Shown one piece after another: positions 25,461-33,308 of a stretch of DNA of 63,047 nt. Origin of the DNA: Candidatus Methylomirabilota bacterium (GTDB lineage Bacteria; Chloroflexota; Limnocylindria; QHBO01). The position numbers and the translations under genes are program-made. The stretch's first letter is position 1, and each line of letters starts with the position of its first letter. The stretch covers positions 1 to 63,047 of the forward strand of contig DATJIJ010000110.1 in assembly GCA_035493355.1 (NCBI GenBank). Reading direction: 5' to 3'. The notes below the pieces were generated by a model. The model made no database searches. It was not told the DNA's origin and saw nothing but the letters and a program-made list of their open reading frames with translations.

Positions 25461-26612
25461 TCACAGACTGGCCACGGCCAACTCCGCGAGATCGCTGGGC
25501 GCCGTCGGACCCGGGTCGTTGGCCAGCGTTCCCTCCACCCTCGACACGATGTCGGCAACCTGGTCCGGCCGAACGCCAAGCGACGCCAGGCCGCCAACCA
25601 TCCCGATCTCGCGCATCCAGTCGCCGATCCGCTCGATCAGGCGATCGGCGCCAACTCCGGGAGGCTCCGTAGGGGAGACGCCGCAGCGGACCGCCAACTC
25701 GTCGAGGCGCTCGACGGCGTGGACCCGCGTGCGTCGCAGCCATGCCGGCATGATCGCCGCCACGCCCCGCGCGTGCGAGGCATCGGTGAATCCGGCGAGG
25801 GCGTACTGCATCCGATGGGGCAAGCAGGTCGATGCAGTCGCCAGGTTGATTCCCATCAGGAGTGCTGCGTAAGCGGCCCCGCTCCGCGCGTCGATCGAGT
25901 CCGGCTCGGCGATCGCCTGCGGTACGGCCTGGAGGAGACGACGCAACGCGTCACCCGCCAGTGCGATGTTGAGGGGCGATGCGGCGCGCGAGACGGCCGT
26001 CTCCAGGGCGTGCGCGGCGGCGTCGAATCCCGCCTCGGCGGTGATCGATCGATCCGCGCCCAGAGTGAGCTCCGGGTCCACGATTGCGACGCGCGGGGCC
26101 ACGCCGCGCCCGCGGATGGCACGCTTTCGAGTCGCGTCCCGCTGGAAGAGGATCGCCCCGCGGCTCACCTCGGCGCCGGTGCCGGCGGTCGTCGGCAGCG
26201 CGACCACCGGTGGCCCAATCGGGCGCGGGACTGGCTCCCCGGCAAGGAGCTCGCCGAGATCGGCCCCGCCGGCCACGATCGCGGCCGCCTTGGCGAGGTC
26301 CATCGTTGAGCCGCCACCAACGGTCACGACCGCGTCGGGCCGTGCCGCGACGAGCCGTTCCGCCGCGGCGTGAACCGCCTCGTCGTCGGGCTCGCCGCCG
26401 GTGGTCACGTGGTCCACCAACTCGACGCCGGCTGCCGTTAGCGACGCCCTGATCTCGTGGCCGAATCCGCCACGTTCCAGCGAGCGGGCGCCCGTCACGA
26501 GGACGGCGCGCCGCCCGAGGCCGGACACCACCTCCCCGACCTCACGGCGGCGCCCCAGCCCGAAGCGGATCTCGGTGTCGAGCATGAAGTCGAATGGCTG
26601 CGCGAGCGTCAC
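25461..26612 (-). CDS. group III iron-containing alcohol dehydrogenase family protein
   Basis: ORF 25461..27245 trimmed to GTG 26610-26612 (GTGA overlap). Motifs: VTVGGGSTMDLAKAAA, LPTTAGTGAEVS, and the metal ligand region FDAAAHALE ... LPHRMQYAL. Confidence 0.8.
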   Translation of the reverse strand: MTLAQPFDFMLDTEIRFGLGRRREVGEVVSGLGRRAVLVTGARSLERGGFGHEIRASLTAAGVELVDHVTTGGEPDDEAVHAAAERLVAARPDAVVTVGGGSTMDLAKAAAIVAGGADLGELLAGEPVPRPIGPPVVALPTTAGTGAEVSRGAILFQRDATRKRAIRGRGVAPRVAIVDPELTLGADRSITAEAGFDAAAHALETAVSRAASPLNIALAGDALRRLLQAVPQAIAEPDSIDARSGAAYAALLMGINLATASTCLPHRMQYALAGFTDASHARGVAAIMPAWLRRTRVHAVERLDELAVRCGVSPTEPPGVGADRLIERIGDWMREIGMVGGLASLGVRPDQVADIVSRVEGTLANDPGPTAPSDLAELAVASL

Positions 26613-28144
26613 AGGTTCTCGCTGCGAGCAGGCTGCGTGCGCAGGACCTCGGCGTGGCGCGCCAGCAGCTCCTCTCGCTCCGCGAAGAGGTCGCGGAGCG
26701 ACGCATACAGGCCTCGGTAGATCCCGAAGAAGTCCCGGTACATCTCGGTGCGCGCCGGGTCCGGCTCGAACGTGCGCCCGAACCTGACCGCCGCCCTGAT
26801 CGCCTCGTCGATCGATGCGTAGCCACCGGTCTTCACGCTCACCAGGATCGCGGCGCCGAGGGCGGTGCTCTCCAGCTCCTGCGTCACCGTCAACGGGACG
26901 CCCAGCATGTCCGCCTTGATCTGGAGGATCGGCTCGATGCGGGCGAGCCCGCCCGACGCGACCACCCGGTCGACCCGGATTCCGAGCTCGCGCAGTCGCT
27001 CCGCGATATCGAGCACGCTGTATCCAACCCCCTCGAAAACAGCTCGGAGCAGGTCGCTGCGCCGATGGTTGCGTCCGAGCCCGAAGAAGACCGCGCGGGC
27101 GCTCGGGTCCCAGACCGGCGCGCGCTCGCCAAGCAAGTAGGGCAAGAAGGTGATCCCCGCTGCCCCGGGCGGCGGATCGGCCGCGTCCAGATCCATGGCG
27201 GCATAGGGATCGGCCTCGAGGTCGTACAGGAGCTGCTTCACCCACTCGATGGCGCCGCCGCCGAGGTTGTTGGAACCGCCGATCAGGAATAACCCGGGTC
27301 GCACGTAAGGCGCGGAGAATAGTCGGCCCGCCGGGTCGCGGATCTCAAGGTCCGTCACGGCGCGAAAGCTCGTCACCGTGCCCGAGACGTCGCACGCCTC
27401 GCCGCTGACCGAAACGCCGGCGCCGTAGACCGCGCAAATCGCGTCGTAGGCTGAGAGGACAACCTGGCATCCGGCGGGCAGGCCGAAGCGCTCCTGCAGC
27501 TCGGGCCGGACCGGCAGACCCAGGTCGGTGCCGGCCACCGGTGGGAACGAACCGGAATCGAGGCCGATCGCGGAGAGCAGCGCCTCCGGATAGCCATCTC
27601 CGCCGAGGCCATGGAGGTACTTGCTGGCGTTCAGGGGATCGGTGACCACTTCGCCGGTGAGGCACGCAACGAGGAAATCATTCGGGGAGGCAAACCAGCG
27701 GGCCGCCGCGTAGCGCTCGGGCTCGTGGTCCCGCAGCCACATGATCTTGGGAAGCATCAGGTCCGGAGTCACCCGGCGCTGCGGTCTGGCCATCTCCAGG
27801 AAGACGCGCTGGCCTCCGATCGCCTCCGCCTGGGAGGCGGCGCGAACGTCGCTGATCATGATCGCCATGCCGAGCGGGCGGCAGCTGGCGTCCAGCGGGA
27901 CGAGGCAGCCTGCGGAGGCAGTGACGGTGATCGCGCCGACGGCCGAGAGGTCGACCTGCCCGAGCACCTCCGCGATCACCTCCTCGCCGGTGCGCCACCA
28001 TTCGTTCGGATCCTGCTCGACCCGACCCTCGGCGAGGGAGGTGGCGATCGGCCGGTAGGCGATCCCGCGCCGCTCACCGGCGGGTCCGAAGACCGCAGCT
28101 CGCATCGACTTCAGCCCGAGGTTGAGCACGAGGACGTCGCTCAT
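26609..28144 (-). CDS. FGGY-family carbohydrate/polyol kinase (divergent N-terminal motif)
   Basis: 511 aa with two-domain FGGY layout. C-terminal VVASGGLARIEPILQIKADMLGVPL. The N-terminal phosphate-1 motif reads LNLGLKSMR instead of D-x-G-T/S-T/S-x-x-K/R. Confidence 0.75.
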   Translation of the reverse strand: MSDVLVLNLGLKSMRAAVFGPAGERRGIAYRPIATSLAEGRVEQDPNEWWRTGEEVIAEVLGQVDLSAVGAITVTASAGCLVPLDASCRPLGMAIMISDVRAASQAEAIGGQRVFLEMARPQRRVTPDLMLPKIMWLRDHEPERYAAARWFASPNDFLVACLTGEVVTDPLNASKYLHGLGGDGYPEALLSAIGLDSGSFPPVAGTDLGLPVRPELQERFGLPAGCQVVLSAYDAICAVYGAGVSVSGEACDVSGTVTSFRAVTDLEIRDPAGRLFSAPYVRPGLFLIGGSNNLGGGAIEWVKQLLYDLEADPYAAMDLDAADPPPGAAGITFLPYLLGERAPVWDPSARAVFFGLGRNHRRSDLLRAVFEGVGYSVLDIAERLRELGIRVDRVVASGGLARIEPILQIKADMLGVPLTVTQELESTALGAAILVSVKTGGYASIDEAIRAAVRFGRTFEPDPARTEMYRDFFGIYRGLYASLRDLFAEREELLARHAEVLRTQPARSENL

Positions 28145-29034
28145 TCCGGCTCCTCGGTCCCGGCCGCGGCGTCGACCAGGGCCGTGGCTCGCGGTGCGCG
28201 GCCTGCGCTCCCGCAGAGCTCCATGTACTCGATCGCGAGCTCGCGGACGGCCGACCTTCCAGCGCCGAGGTAGTGCCGCAGGTCCCTGCTCGGTCCCTCG
28301 AGCTCCCGGGCGATGCCGTCGGCGAGCGCGCGCCCAACTCGCGACGAGATGTTCACCTTCCCGACCCCCGCGTCCACGGCGGCCGGGAGCTGGGCACGCA
28401 CGACCCCTGAGCCACCATGCAGCGCGAGCGGGGTGCCGGCCGCCCGTGCGAGCGCCGCGAGGAGCGCGATGTCCAGTTTGACCGAGTCGTCGGGCATCCG
28501 GTGGAGGCTGCCCAGCGCGGGCGCCAGGATGTCCACCCCGGTATCGGCGGCGAAAGCCGCGACCTGGTCGGGCGTCGCGGCTTCCCGTCGAGCGGCCTCG
28601 AGGCTGGAATCCTCCGACCCGCCGATCGTGCCGAGCTCGCCCTCGAGGATGGCGCCGGCCGCGTGCGCGTCCGAGACCAGGCGACGCGTGATCGCGACGT
28701 TCTCAGCGAGTGGGAGCGGCGAGCCGTCGAACATGACCGACGTGAATCCATCGGCCAGCGCCCGGTCGACCATTTCGGGGTCGCGGCAATGGTCCAGGTG
28801 CACGAGGACTGCCGCGCTCGACCGCGTCGCGGCGGTGAAGGCGAGGTCGCGGATCGTCTCGTACCCCGCGTAGGCGATCGCGCCCGGGCTGATCTGCAGG
28901 ATCACCGGCGAGCCGGCCGCCTCGGCCGCGGCGAGGATCCCCTGGATCGTCTCCATGTTGTTCACGTTGAAGGCGGGCAGCGCGTACCGACCGGCCACCG
29001 CCGCCGCCAGCAGCTCGGGGGCCTCTGGCCTCAC
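28141..29034 (-). CDS. class II (zinc) ketose-bisphosphate aldolase family protein (FBA / tagatose-bisphosphate aldolase type)
   Basis: ORF 28141..29454 trimmed to GTG 29032-29034 (GTGA overlap with the rmlD stop). Motifs: YALPAFNVNNMETIQGIL, VLVHLDHC, SVMFDGS, EGELGTIGGSED, LALHGGSG. Confidence 0.8.
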   Translation of the reverse strand: MRPEAPELLAAAVAGRYALPAFNVNNMETIQGILAAAEAAGSPVILQISPGAIAYAGYETIRDLAFTAATRSSAAVLVHLDHCRDPEMVDRALADGFTSVMFDGSPLPLAENVAITRRLVSDAHAAGAILEGELGTIGGSEDSSLEAARREAATPDQVAAFAADTGVDILAPALGSLHRMPDDSVKLDIALLAALARAAGTPLALHGGSGVVRAQLPAAVDAGVGKVNISSRVGRALADGIARELEGPSRDLRHYLGAGRSAVRELAIEYMELCGSAGRAPRATALVDAAAGTEEPE

Positions 29035-29903
29035 CGCGCCGGCCCGGCGCTCGACGCGGCCTCGACCAGGGAGGCGACGTAGGCGCGCGTCTCCTCTCCC
29101 CAGGTGAGCCGCGGCAATCCCGGGGTCGGGCGGAGGACGGCGCGAGGGGGGACCCGGGAGGCCCGTGGAAACGCCGATCGCGAGGTCGGCTCGAGCCGCA
29201 CCTCGCGACGCCCCTCCAGCGCGACCGTGGCCCACTCGAGCCGGCTCGCCGCCGGCGACCCGGCCAGGTGCACGATGCTGCCGGGCACATGGGCGTCGGT
29301 CACCCCGACGATCGCGGCGGCGAGGGCCGGCGTCCAGGTCGGGTTCCCCCACTCGTCGGCGACGACGCCCAGTGGGGTGTCGCCGGCCAGCGCTCGATCT
29401 GCCGCGGCGAGGATCTTCGTGACGAAGTTCGTGCCCCCTGGCCCAAAGAGCCATGCCGTCCGCACGATCAGATGGCGCGGCGCGGCCTCCGCGACTGCGC
29501 GCTCCCCCGCCAGCTTCGATGCGCCGTACGGATTGATGGGGCTCGGCAGACCGTCCTCCGCGTATGGTGCCGAGGCGCTCCCGTCGAAGACCTCGTTCGT
29601 GCTGATCTGTACAAAGAGCGCGCCGGCGCGGGCGGCACCGCCAGCCATCCGTCCGGGAGCGACACCGTTCAGCAGCATGGCGCGCTCGGGTGAGCGGGCG
29701 CAGCCGTCAACATCGGTCCAGGCCGCCGCATTCACAACGATCTCCGGCTCGAGCGATGCAATCACCTCGCCCGCCGCGGGGTCGGCGAGGTCGAGCTGGG
29801 AGCGATTCACGCTGACGACGGCATTTCCGGCGGCGGCAAAGGCGTCGACGAGCTGTCGTCCGAGCTGGCCCCTGGCACCCACCACCACGACGCGCTGGCT
29901 CAT
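29031..29903 (-). CDS. rfbD: dTDP-4-dehydrorhamnose reductase
   Basis: 290 aa. Motifs: VVVGARGQLG, PINPYGASKLAGE (the SDR YxxxK), VRTAWLFG. Confidence 0.9.
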   Translation of the reverse strand: MSQRVVVVGARGQLGRQLVDAFAAAGNAVVSVNRSQLDLADPAAGEVIASLEPEIVVNAAAWTDVDGCARSPERAMLLNGVAPGRMAGGAARAGALFVQISTNEVFDGSASAPYAEDGLPSPINPYGASKLAGERAVAEAAPRHLIVRTAWLFGPGGTNFVTKILAAADRALAGDTPLGVVADEWGNPTWTPALAAAIVGVTDAHVPGSIVHLAGSPAASRLEWATVALEGRREVRLEPTSRSAFPRASRVPPRAVLRPTPGLPRLTWGEETRAYVASLVEAASSAGPAR

Positions 29904-29904
29904 C

Positions 29905-30936
29905 TCAATCGACCATCGCGCTGTTCGCGAGCCGCTCGCCGTACTGACGACGGTAGTAGTCGAGGTACTCGCCGCTCTTCAACGGCCGCCACCAGTCATC
30001 GCGATCGCGGTACCAGGCCACCGTCGCCGCCAGGTCGTCCTCGAACGACTGGCTCGGCTCCCAGCCGAGAGCCCGGAGCTTGGCGGAGTCGACCGAATAG
30101 CGCCGGTCGTGGCCGGGACGATCCTCCACCCGCCGGATCAGGGTGGCCGGCTTGCCGAGCAGCTCGAGGATGGCGTTCGTCAGGGCCTGGTTGGTGAGCT
30201 CGTTGCCGCCTCCGACGTTGTAGACCTCGCCCGGCTCCCCGCGCTCAAGGACCGCAGAGATCGCCTCGCAGTGGTCGCTGACGAAGAGCCAGTCGCGGAT
30301 CTGCTGGCCGTCGCCGTAGAGCGGGAGTGGCTCGTCGTCGATCGCGTTCGTGACGAAGAGCGGAATGATCTTCTCGGGGTACTGGAACGGGCCGAAGTTG
30401 TTGCTGGCGCGGGTGACGAGCACCGGCAGGCCGTAGGTCGCGTGATAGGCAAGGACGAGCAGGTCGCCCGCAGCCTTGCTCGCCGAGTAGGGACTGCGCG
30501 GCCGAAGCGGGTCGTCCTCGCTGGATGAGCCGGTCGCGACATTGCCATACACCTCGTCGGTGCTGACCTGGAGGTAGCGCGCGTGCCCGTGCCGCCGGGC
30601 GGCCTCCAGCAGGACGAAGGTGCCGTGCACATCGGTCTGGATGAATGCGTCGGGGGCGTCGATGCTGCGGTCGACGTGCGACTCGGCCGCGAAGTTGACG
30701 ATCGCATCGGCCTCGGCGGCGAGCTGGTCGACGACCTCTGGATCCCCTATGTCTCCCTGCACGAAGGCGTAGCGCGGCTCGTCGGCGAGATCGGCCAGGT
30801 TGGCCAGGTTTCCCGCATAGGTGAGCTTGTCGAGGACGGTGACCCGTACCGCAGAGTCACGGGCGAGGGCGTGGCGCACGAAGTTCGAGCCGATGAAGCC
30901 GGCGCCACCGGTGACGAGGAGGTGCCGCAGCGTCAC
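29905..30936 (-). CDS. rfbB: dTDP-glucose 4,6-dehydratase
   Basis: Trimmed to GTG 30934-30936 (GTGA overlap with the rmlA stop). Motifs: LLVTGGAGFIGSNFV, AAESHVDRS, SPYSASKAAGDLL, TRASNNFGPFQYPEK. Confidence 0.9.
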   Translation of the reverse strand: MTLRHLLVTGGAGFIGSNFVRHALARDSAVRVTVLDKLTYAGNLANLADLADEPRYAFVQGDIGDPEVVDQLAAEADAIVNFAAESHVDRSIDAPDAFIQTDVHGTFVLLEAARRHGHARYLQVSTDEVYGNVATGSSSEDDPLRPRSPYSASKAAGDLLVLAYHATYGLPVLVTRASNNFGPFQYPEKIIPLFVTNAIDDEPLPLYGDGQQIRDWLFVSDHCEAISAVLERGEPGEVYNVGGGNELTNQALTNAILELLGKPATLIRRVEDRPGHDRRYSVDSAKLRALGWEPSQSFEDDLAATVAWYRDRDDWWRPLKSGEYLDYYRRQYGERLANSAMVD

Positions 30937-31733
30937 GACGAGAGCTCGCCCGCGTCGATGGCTTCGGCGTCGACTTCCGAGGGGTCGTGGCCGGTGACGA
31001 CGGGGCGCTCGCTCGCCCACTCGGCGGCGAAGTTGGTCGACTCACGGAGCGAGTCGATGGTGCCCGCGTCGTGCCACTCCCCGGCGAAGACGGTGTGAGC
31101 CAGCTGGCCGGCGCGCAGGTAGTGGTTCAGGAGGTCGGTGATCTCGAACTCGCCGCGGGCCGAGGGCCTGAGCGAGTGGATCGCGTCGAAGACCGACGGC
31201 CGGAAGAGGTAGACGCCGATCGGGATCAGATCGCTCTTCGGGTGCTCCGGCTTCTCCTCGAAGCCGACGATCCGACCGTCATTGTCGAACTCGGCCACGC
31301 CGAATCGGTGCGGGTCGGGGACCTGCTTGAGGACGGCGCCCGCCTCGGACGCTCCGGCGGCGAACTCGTCGGCGAATGCGCGCAGCGAGCCGTTGAGGAT
31401 GTTGTCGCCCAGCACGATCGCAATCGGATCGTCGCCGGCAAAGTCCTTCGCCAGCCCGATGGCATGGGCAATCCCGAGCGCTCCGCGCTGGTAGCGATAG
31501 GTGAGGCTCAGGCCGAGGTCGGACCCGTCGTGGAGCAGCTCGAGGATGTCCCCCACCGACCTGCCACCAACGACCACCAGGACCTCGCGGCAGCCCATCT
31601 CGGCCAGGGTCTGGAGCGGGTAGAAGATCATCGGCCGGTCGTAGACGGGCAGCAGGTGCTTGTTGGTGACGAGCGTCATCGGAAAGAGGCGCGAGCCGCT
31701 GCCTCCGGCCAGCACGACACCCTTCAGCGCCAT
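30933..31733 (-). CDS. rfbA: glucose-1-phosphate thymidylyltransferase (short form)
   Basis: ORF 30933..32048 trimmed to ATG 31731-31733. Motif: MALKGVVLAGGSGSRLFPMTLVTNKHLLPVYDRPMIFYPL. Confidence 0.85.
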   Translation of the reverse strand: MALKGVVLAGGSGSRLFPMTLVTNKHLLPVYDRPMIFYPLQTLAEMGCREVLVVVGGRSVGDILELLHDGSDLGLSLTYRYQRGALGIAHAIGLAKDFAGDDPIAIVLGDNILNGSLRAFADEFAAGASEAGAVLKQVPDPHRFGVAEFDNDGRIVGFEEKPEHPKSDLIPIGVYLFRPSVFDAIHSLRPSARGEFEITDLLNHYLRAGQLAHTVFAGEWHDAGTIDSLRESTNFAAEWASERPVVTGHDPSEVDAEAIDAGELSS

Positions 31734-31827
31734 TGAAGCCTCCCGGGGTTGGGGACCCGCTTCCTCGCGGGCGGGGCCGACTCGGTGAACGTGCCAGAGT
31801 GTAGACCAGCCTTCCCGCCGGAATCGG

Positions 31828-31856
31828 GTTACGGGAAGTGTCAAGAGTTTGATAAT
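31828..31856 (+). promoter_or_regulatory. candidate sigma-70-like promoter for the initiating transferase gene
   Basis: -10-like GATAAT at 31851-31856, 32 nt before ATG 31888. A weak -35 GTTACG lies 17 bp upstream. It sits in the 154-bp divergent, lower-GC spacer between rmlA and the transferase gene. Confidence 0.25.
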
Positions 31857-31887
31857 GCGAAGCAGGCTCCCGTAGAGTGGGCGGCGA

Positions 31888-33297
31888 ATGATCCGACGAC
31901 ACCTCATGGCGCTGCGCCTCGCGCTCATGCTGGGCGACGGCGTCACGGCGGCTCTCGTCTTCCTCCTCGTCTCGTTCTTCCGCTTCGGCAACAGCGGATG
32001 GACCGGGATCTGGACTCGACTCGGGATCGATATCCGGCTGGCCGCCATCGGCTTCGGGCTGATCTGGGTCGTCGTGCTGTGGTACCAGGGGCTCTACCGC
32101 CTGCGCGCGCGGTGGCGACTGCGCACCGAGGCCGCCGACATCGTGCAGGCGACGATCCTGGTGGCCGCCCTCACCCTCTCGATCCTCTTCCTCTTCAAGC
32201 AGGAGGATGTCAGCCGGATCTTCCTGATCGCACTCTTCACCGCGGAGCCGCTCGTCACCCTGGCCGGCAGGGGGCTCCTCCGCTTCGCCTTCAGCGAGCT
32301 GCGCAGCCGCGGCCACAACGCCCGCTACATGCTGGTCGTGGGCACCGGCAAGCTGGCGCAGGACTTCGCCGACCTGGTCGAGACCCGTCCCAGCCTCGGG
32401 CTGCGCGTCATCGGCCACATCTCGGTCCCGGGCGAGACCCAGCCGGTCGTTACCCGCCGGATTCTGGGCACACTCGACGGGATCGAGGAGGTCCTCCACA
32501 CGAATGTCGTCGACGAGGTCGGGGCCTGCCTGGCACCAGAACAGGCCGGCCTCCTTGAGCCGATCGCCAGCCTCGCCGCAGATGAGGGGAAGACGGTCCG
32601 GATCCCGGTCGACCCCTCCGAGGGCGCCTTTCGCAACGCTCGCGAGGAGGAGTTCGAGGGTCTCCTCGTCCGATCGCTCGTCCACGATGGGCATCGCGAG
32701 GCCGGGCTCGTCATCAAGCGTCTCATCGACATCGCCGGCGCGGTGGTCGGGCTGGTGATCCTGAGCCCGATCATGCTGGTGACGGCGCTGCTCATCCAGG
32801 CCAGGGACGGGAGGCCGATCATCTTCCGCCAGACCCGCGTGGGCCTCCACGGCCGGCCATTCACGATCCTCAAGTTCCGCACCATGGCGCCCGATGCCGA
32901 GGAGCGGCTGCACGAGGTCGCGCACCTGAACGAGCTCCAGGGGGCGGCCTTCAAGGCCAGCAACGACCCGCGCATGAGCCCGCTCGGTCGCCGCCTCCGC
33001 CAGCTGAGCCTCGACGAGCTGCCACAGCTGTGGAACGTGCTGAAGGGCGAGATGAGCCTGGTCGGCCCGCGTCCGCCGCTTCCCTCCGAGGTCGTGGCGT
33101 ACGACATCTGGCACCGGCGCCGGCTCAGCATGAAGCCGGGGATCACCGGCCTCTGGCAGGTGGAGTCGCGCAACGAGGCAAACTTCGACCGATGGGTCGA
33201 GCTCGACCTGAGCTACATCGACCGCTGGACGCTGTGGCTCGACCTCAGCATCCTGCTGCGGACGATGCCGAACGTGGTGATGGCCCGCGGCCGCTGA
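31888..33297 (+). CDS. polyprenyl-phosphate sugar-1-phosphate transferase, large WbaP/EPS-initiating type (Bac_transf)
   Basis: 469 aa with N-terminal TM bundle. The catalytic domain is KRLIDIAGAVVGLVILSPIMLVTALLIQARDGRPIIFRQTRVGLHGRPFTILKFRTM ... [22 protein letters not shown]. Confidence 0.9.
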   Translation: MIRRHLMALRLALMLGDGVTAALVFLLVSFFRFGNSGWTGIWTRLGIDIRLAAIGFGLIWVVVLWYQGLYRLRARWRLRTEAADIVQATILVAALTLSILFLFKQEDVSRIFLIALFTAEPLVTLAGRGLLRFAFSELRSRGHNARYMLVVGTGKLAQDFADLVETRPSLGLRVIGHISVPGETQPVVTRRILGTLDGIEEVLHTNVVDEVGACLAPEQAGLLEPIASLAADEGKTVRIPVDPSEGAFRNAREEEFEGLLVRSLVHDGHREAGLVIKRLIDIAGAVVGLVILSPIMLVTALLIQARDGRPIIFRQTRVGLHGRPFTILKFRTMAPDAEERLHEVAHLNELQGAAFKASNDPRMSPLGRRLRQLSLDELPQLWNVLKGEMSLVGPRPPLPSEVVAYDIWHRRRLSMKPGITGLWQVESRNEANFDRWVELDLSYIDRWTLWLDLSILLRTMPNVVMARGR

Positions 33298-33308
33298 GCC
33301 GTCCTCGC

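Noticed and set aside
24725-26612. Phosphonate tailoring module (Fe-ADH as phosphonoacetaldehyde reductase + LicC-like cytidylyltransferase)
   Set aside because: No PEP mutase or phosphonopyruvate decarboxylase, the obligatory entry enzymes, is present anywhere in the window.
25461-27245. Apparent long N-terminal extensions or fusions in the ORF track. Examples: the 594-aa 'ADH', 437-aa 'aldolase' (28141-29454), 505-aa 'GT2' (19443-20960), 371-aa 'RmlA' and 'RmlB', and 419-aa 'GT4'.
   Set aside because: The extensions overlap the 3' part of the upstream gene in another frame and are Arg-rich nonsense. In every case an in-frame GTG/ATG forms a 4-nt overlap with the upstream stop and yields the consensus N-terminus of the family.
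25461-29034. Reading the FGGY kinase + aldolase + Fe-ADH trio as an L-rhamnose/L-fucose catabolic set (RhaB/FucK, RhaD/FucA, FucO)
   Set aside because: The logic is similar. However, the aldolase is the TIM-barrel FBA/tagatose-bisphosphate type, not the AraD-like RhaD/FucA fold. There is no isomerase, mutarotase, transporter or sugar regulator. The genes are also translationally fused to biosynthetic rml, cytidylyltransferase-like and flippase genes. This reading is not fully excluded, and it is a useful hint that the substrate could be a deoxy-ketose or a propanediol-type alcohol.
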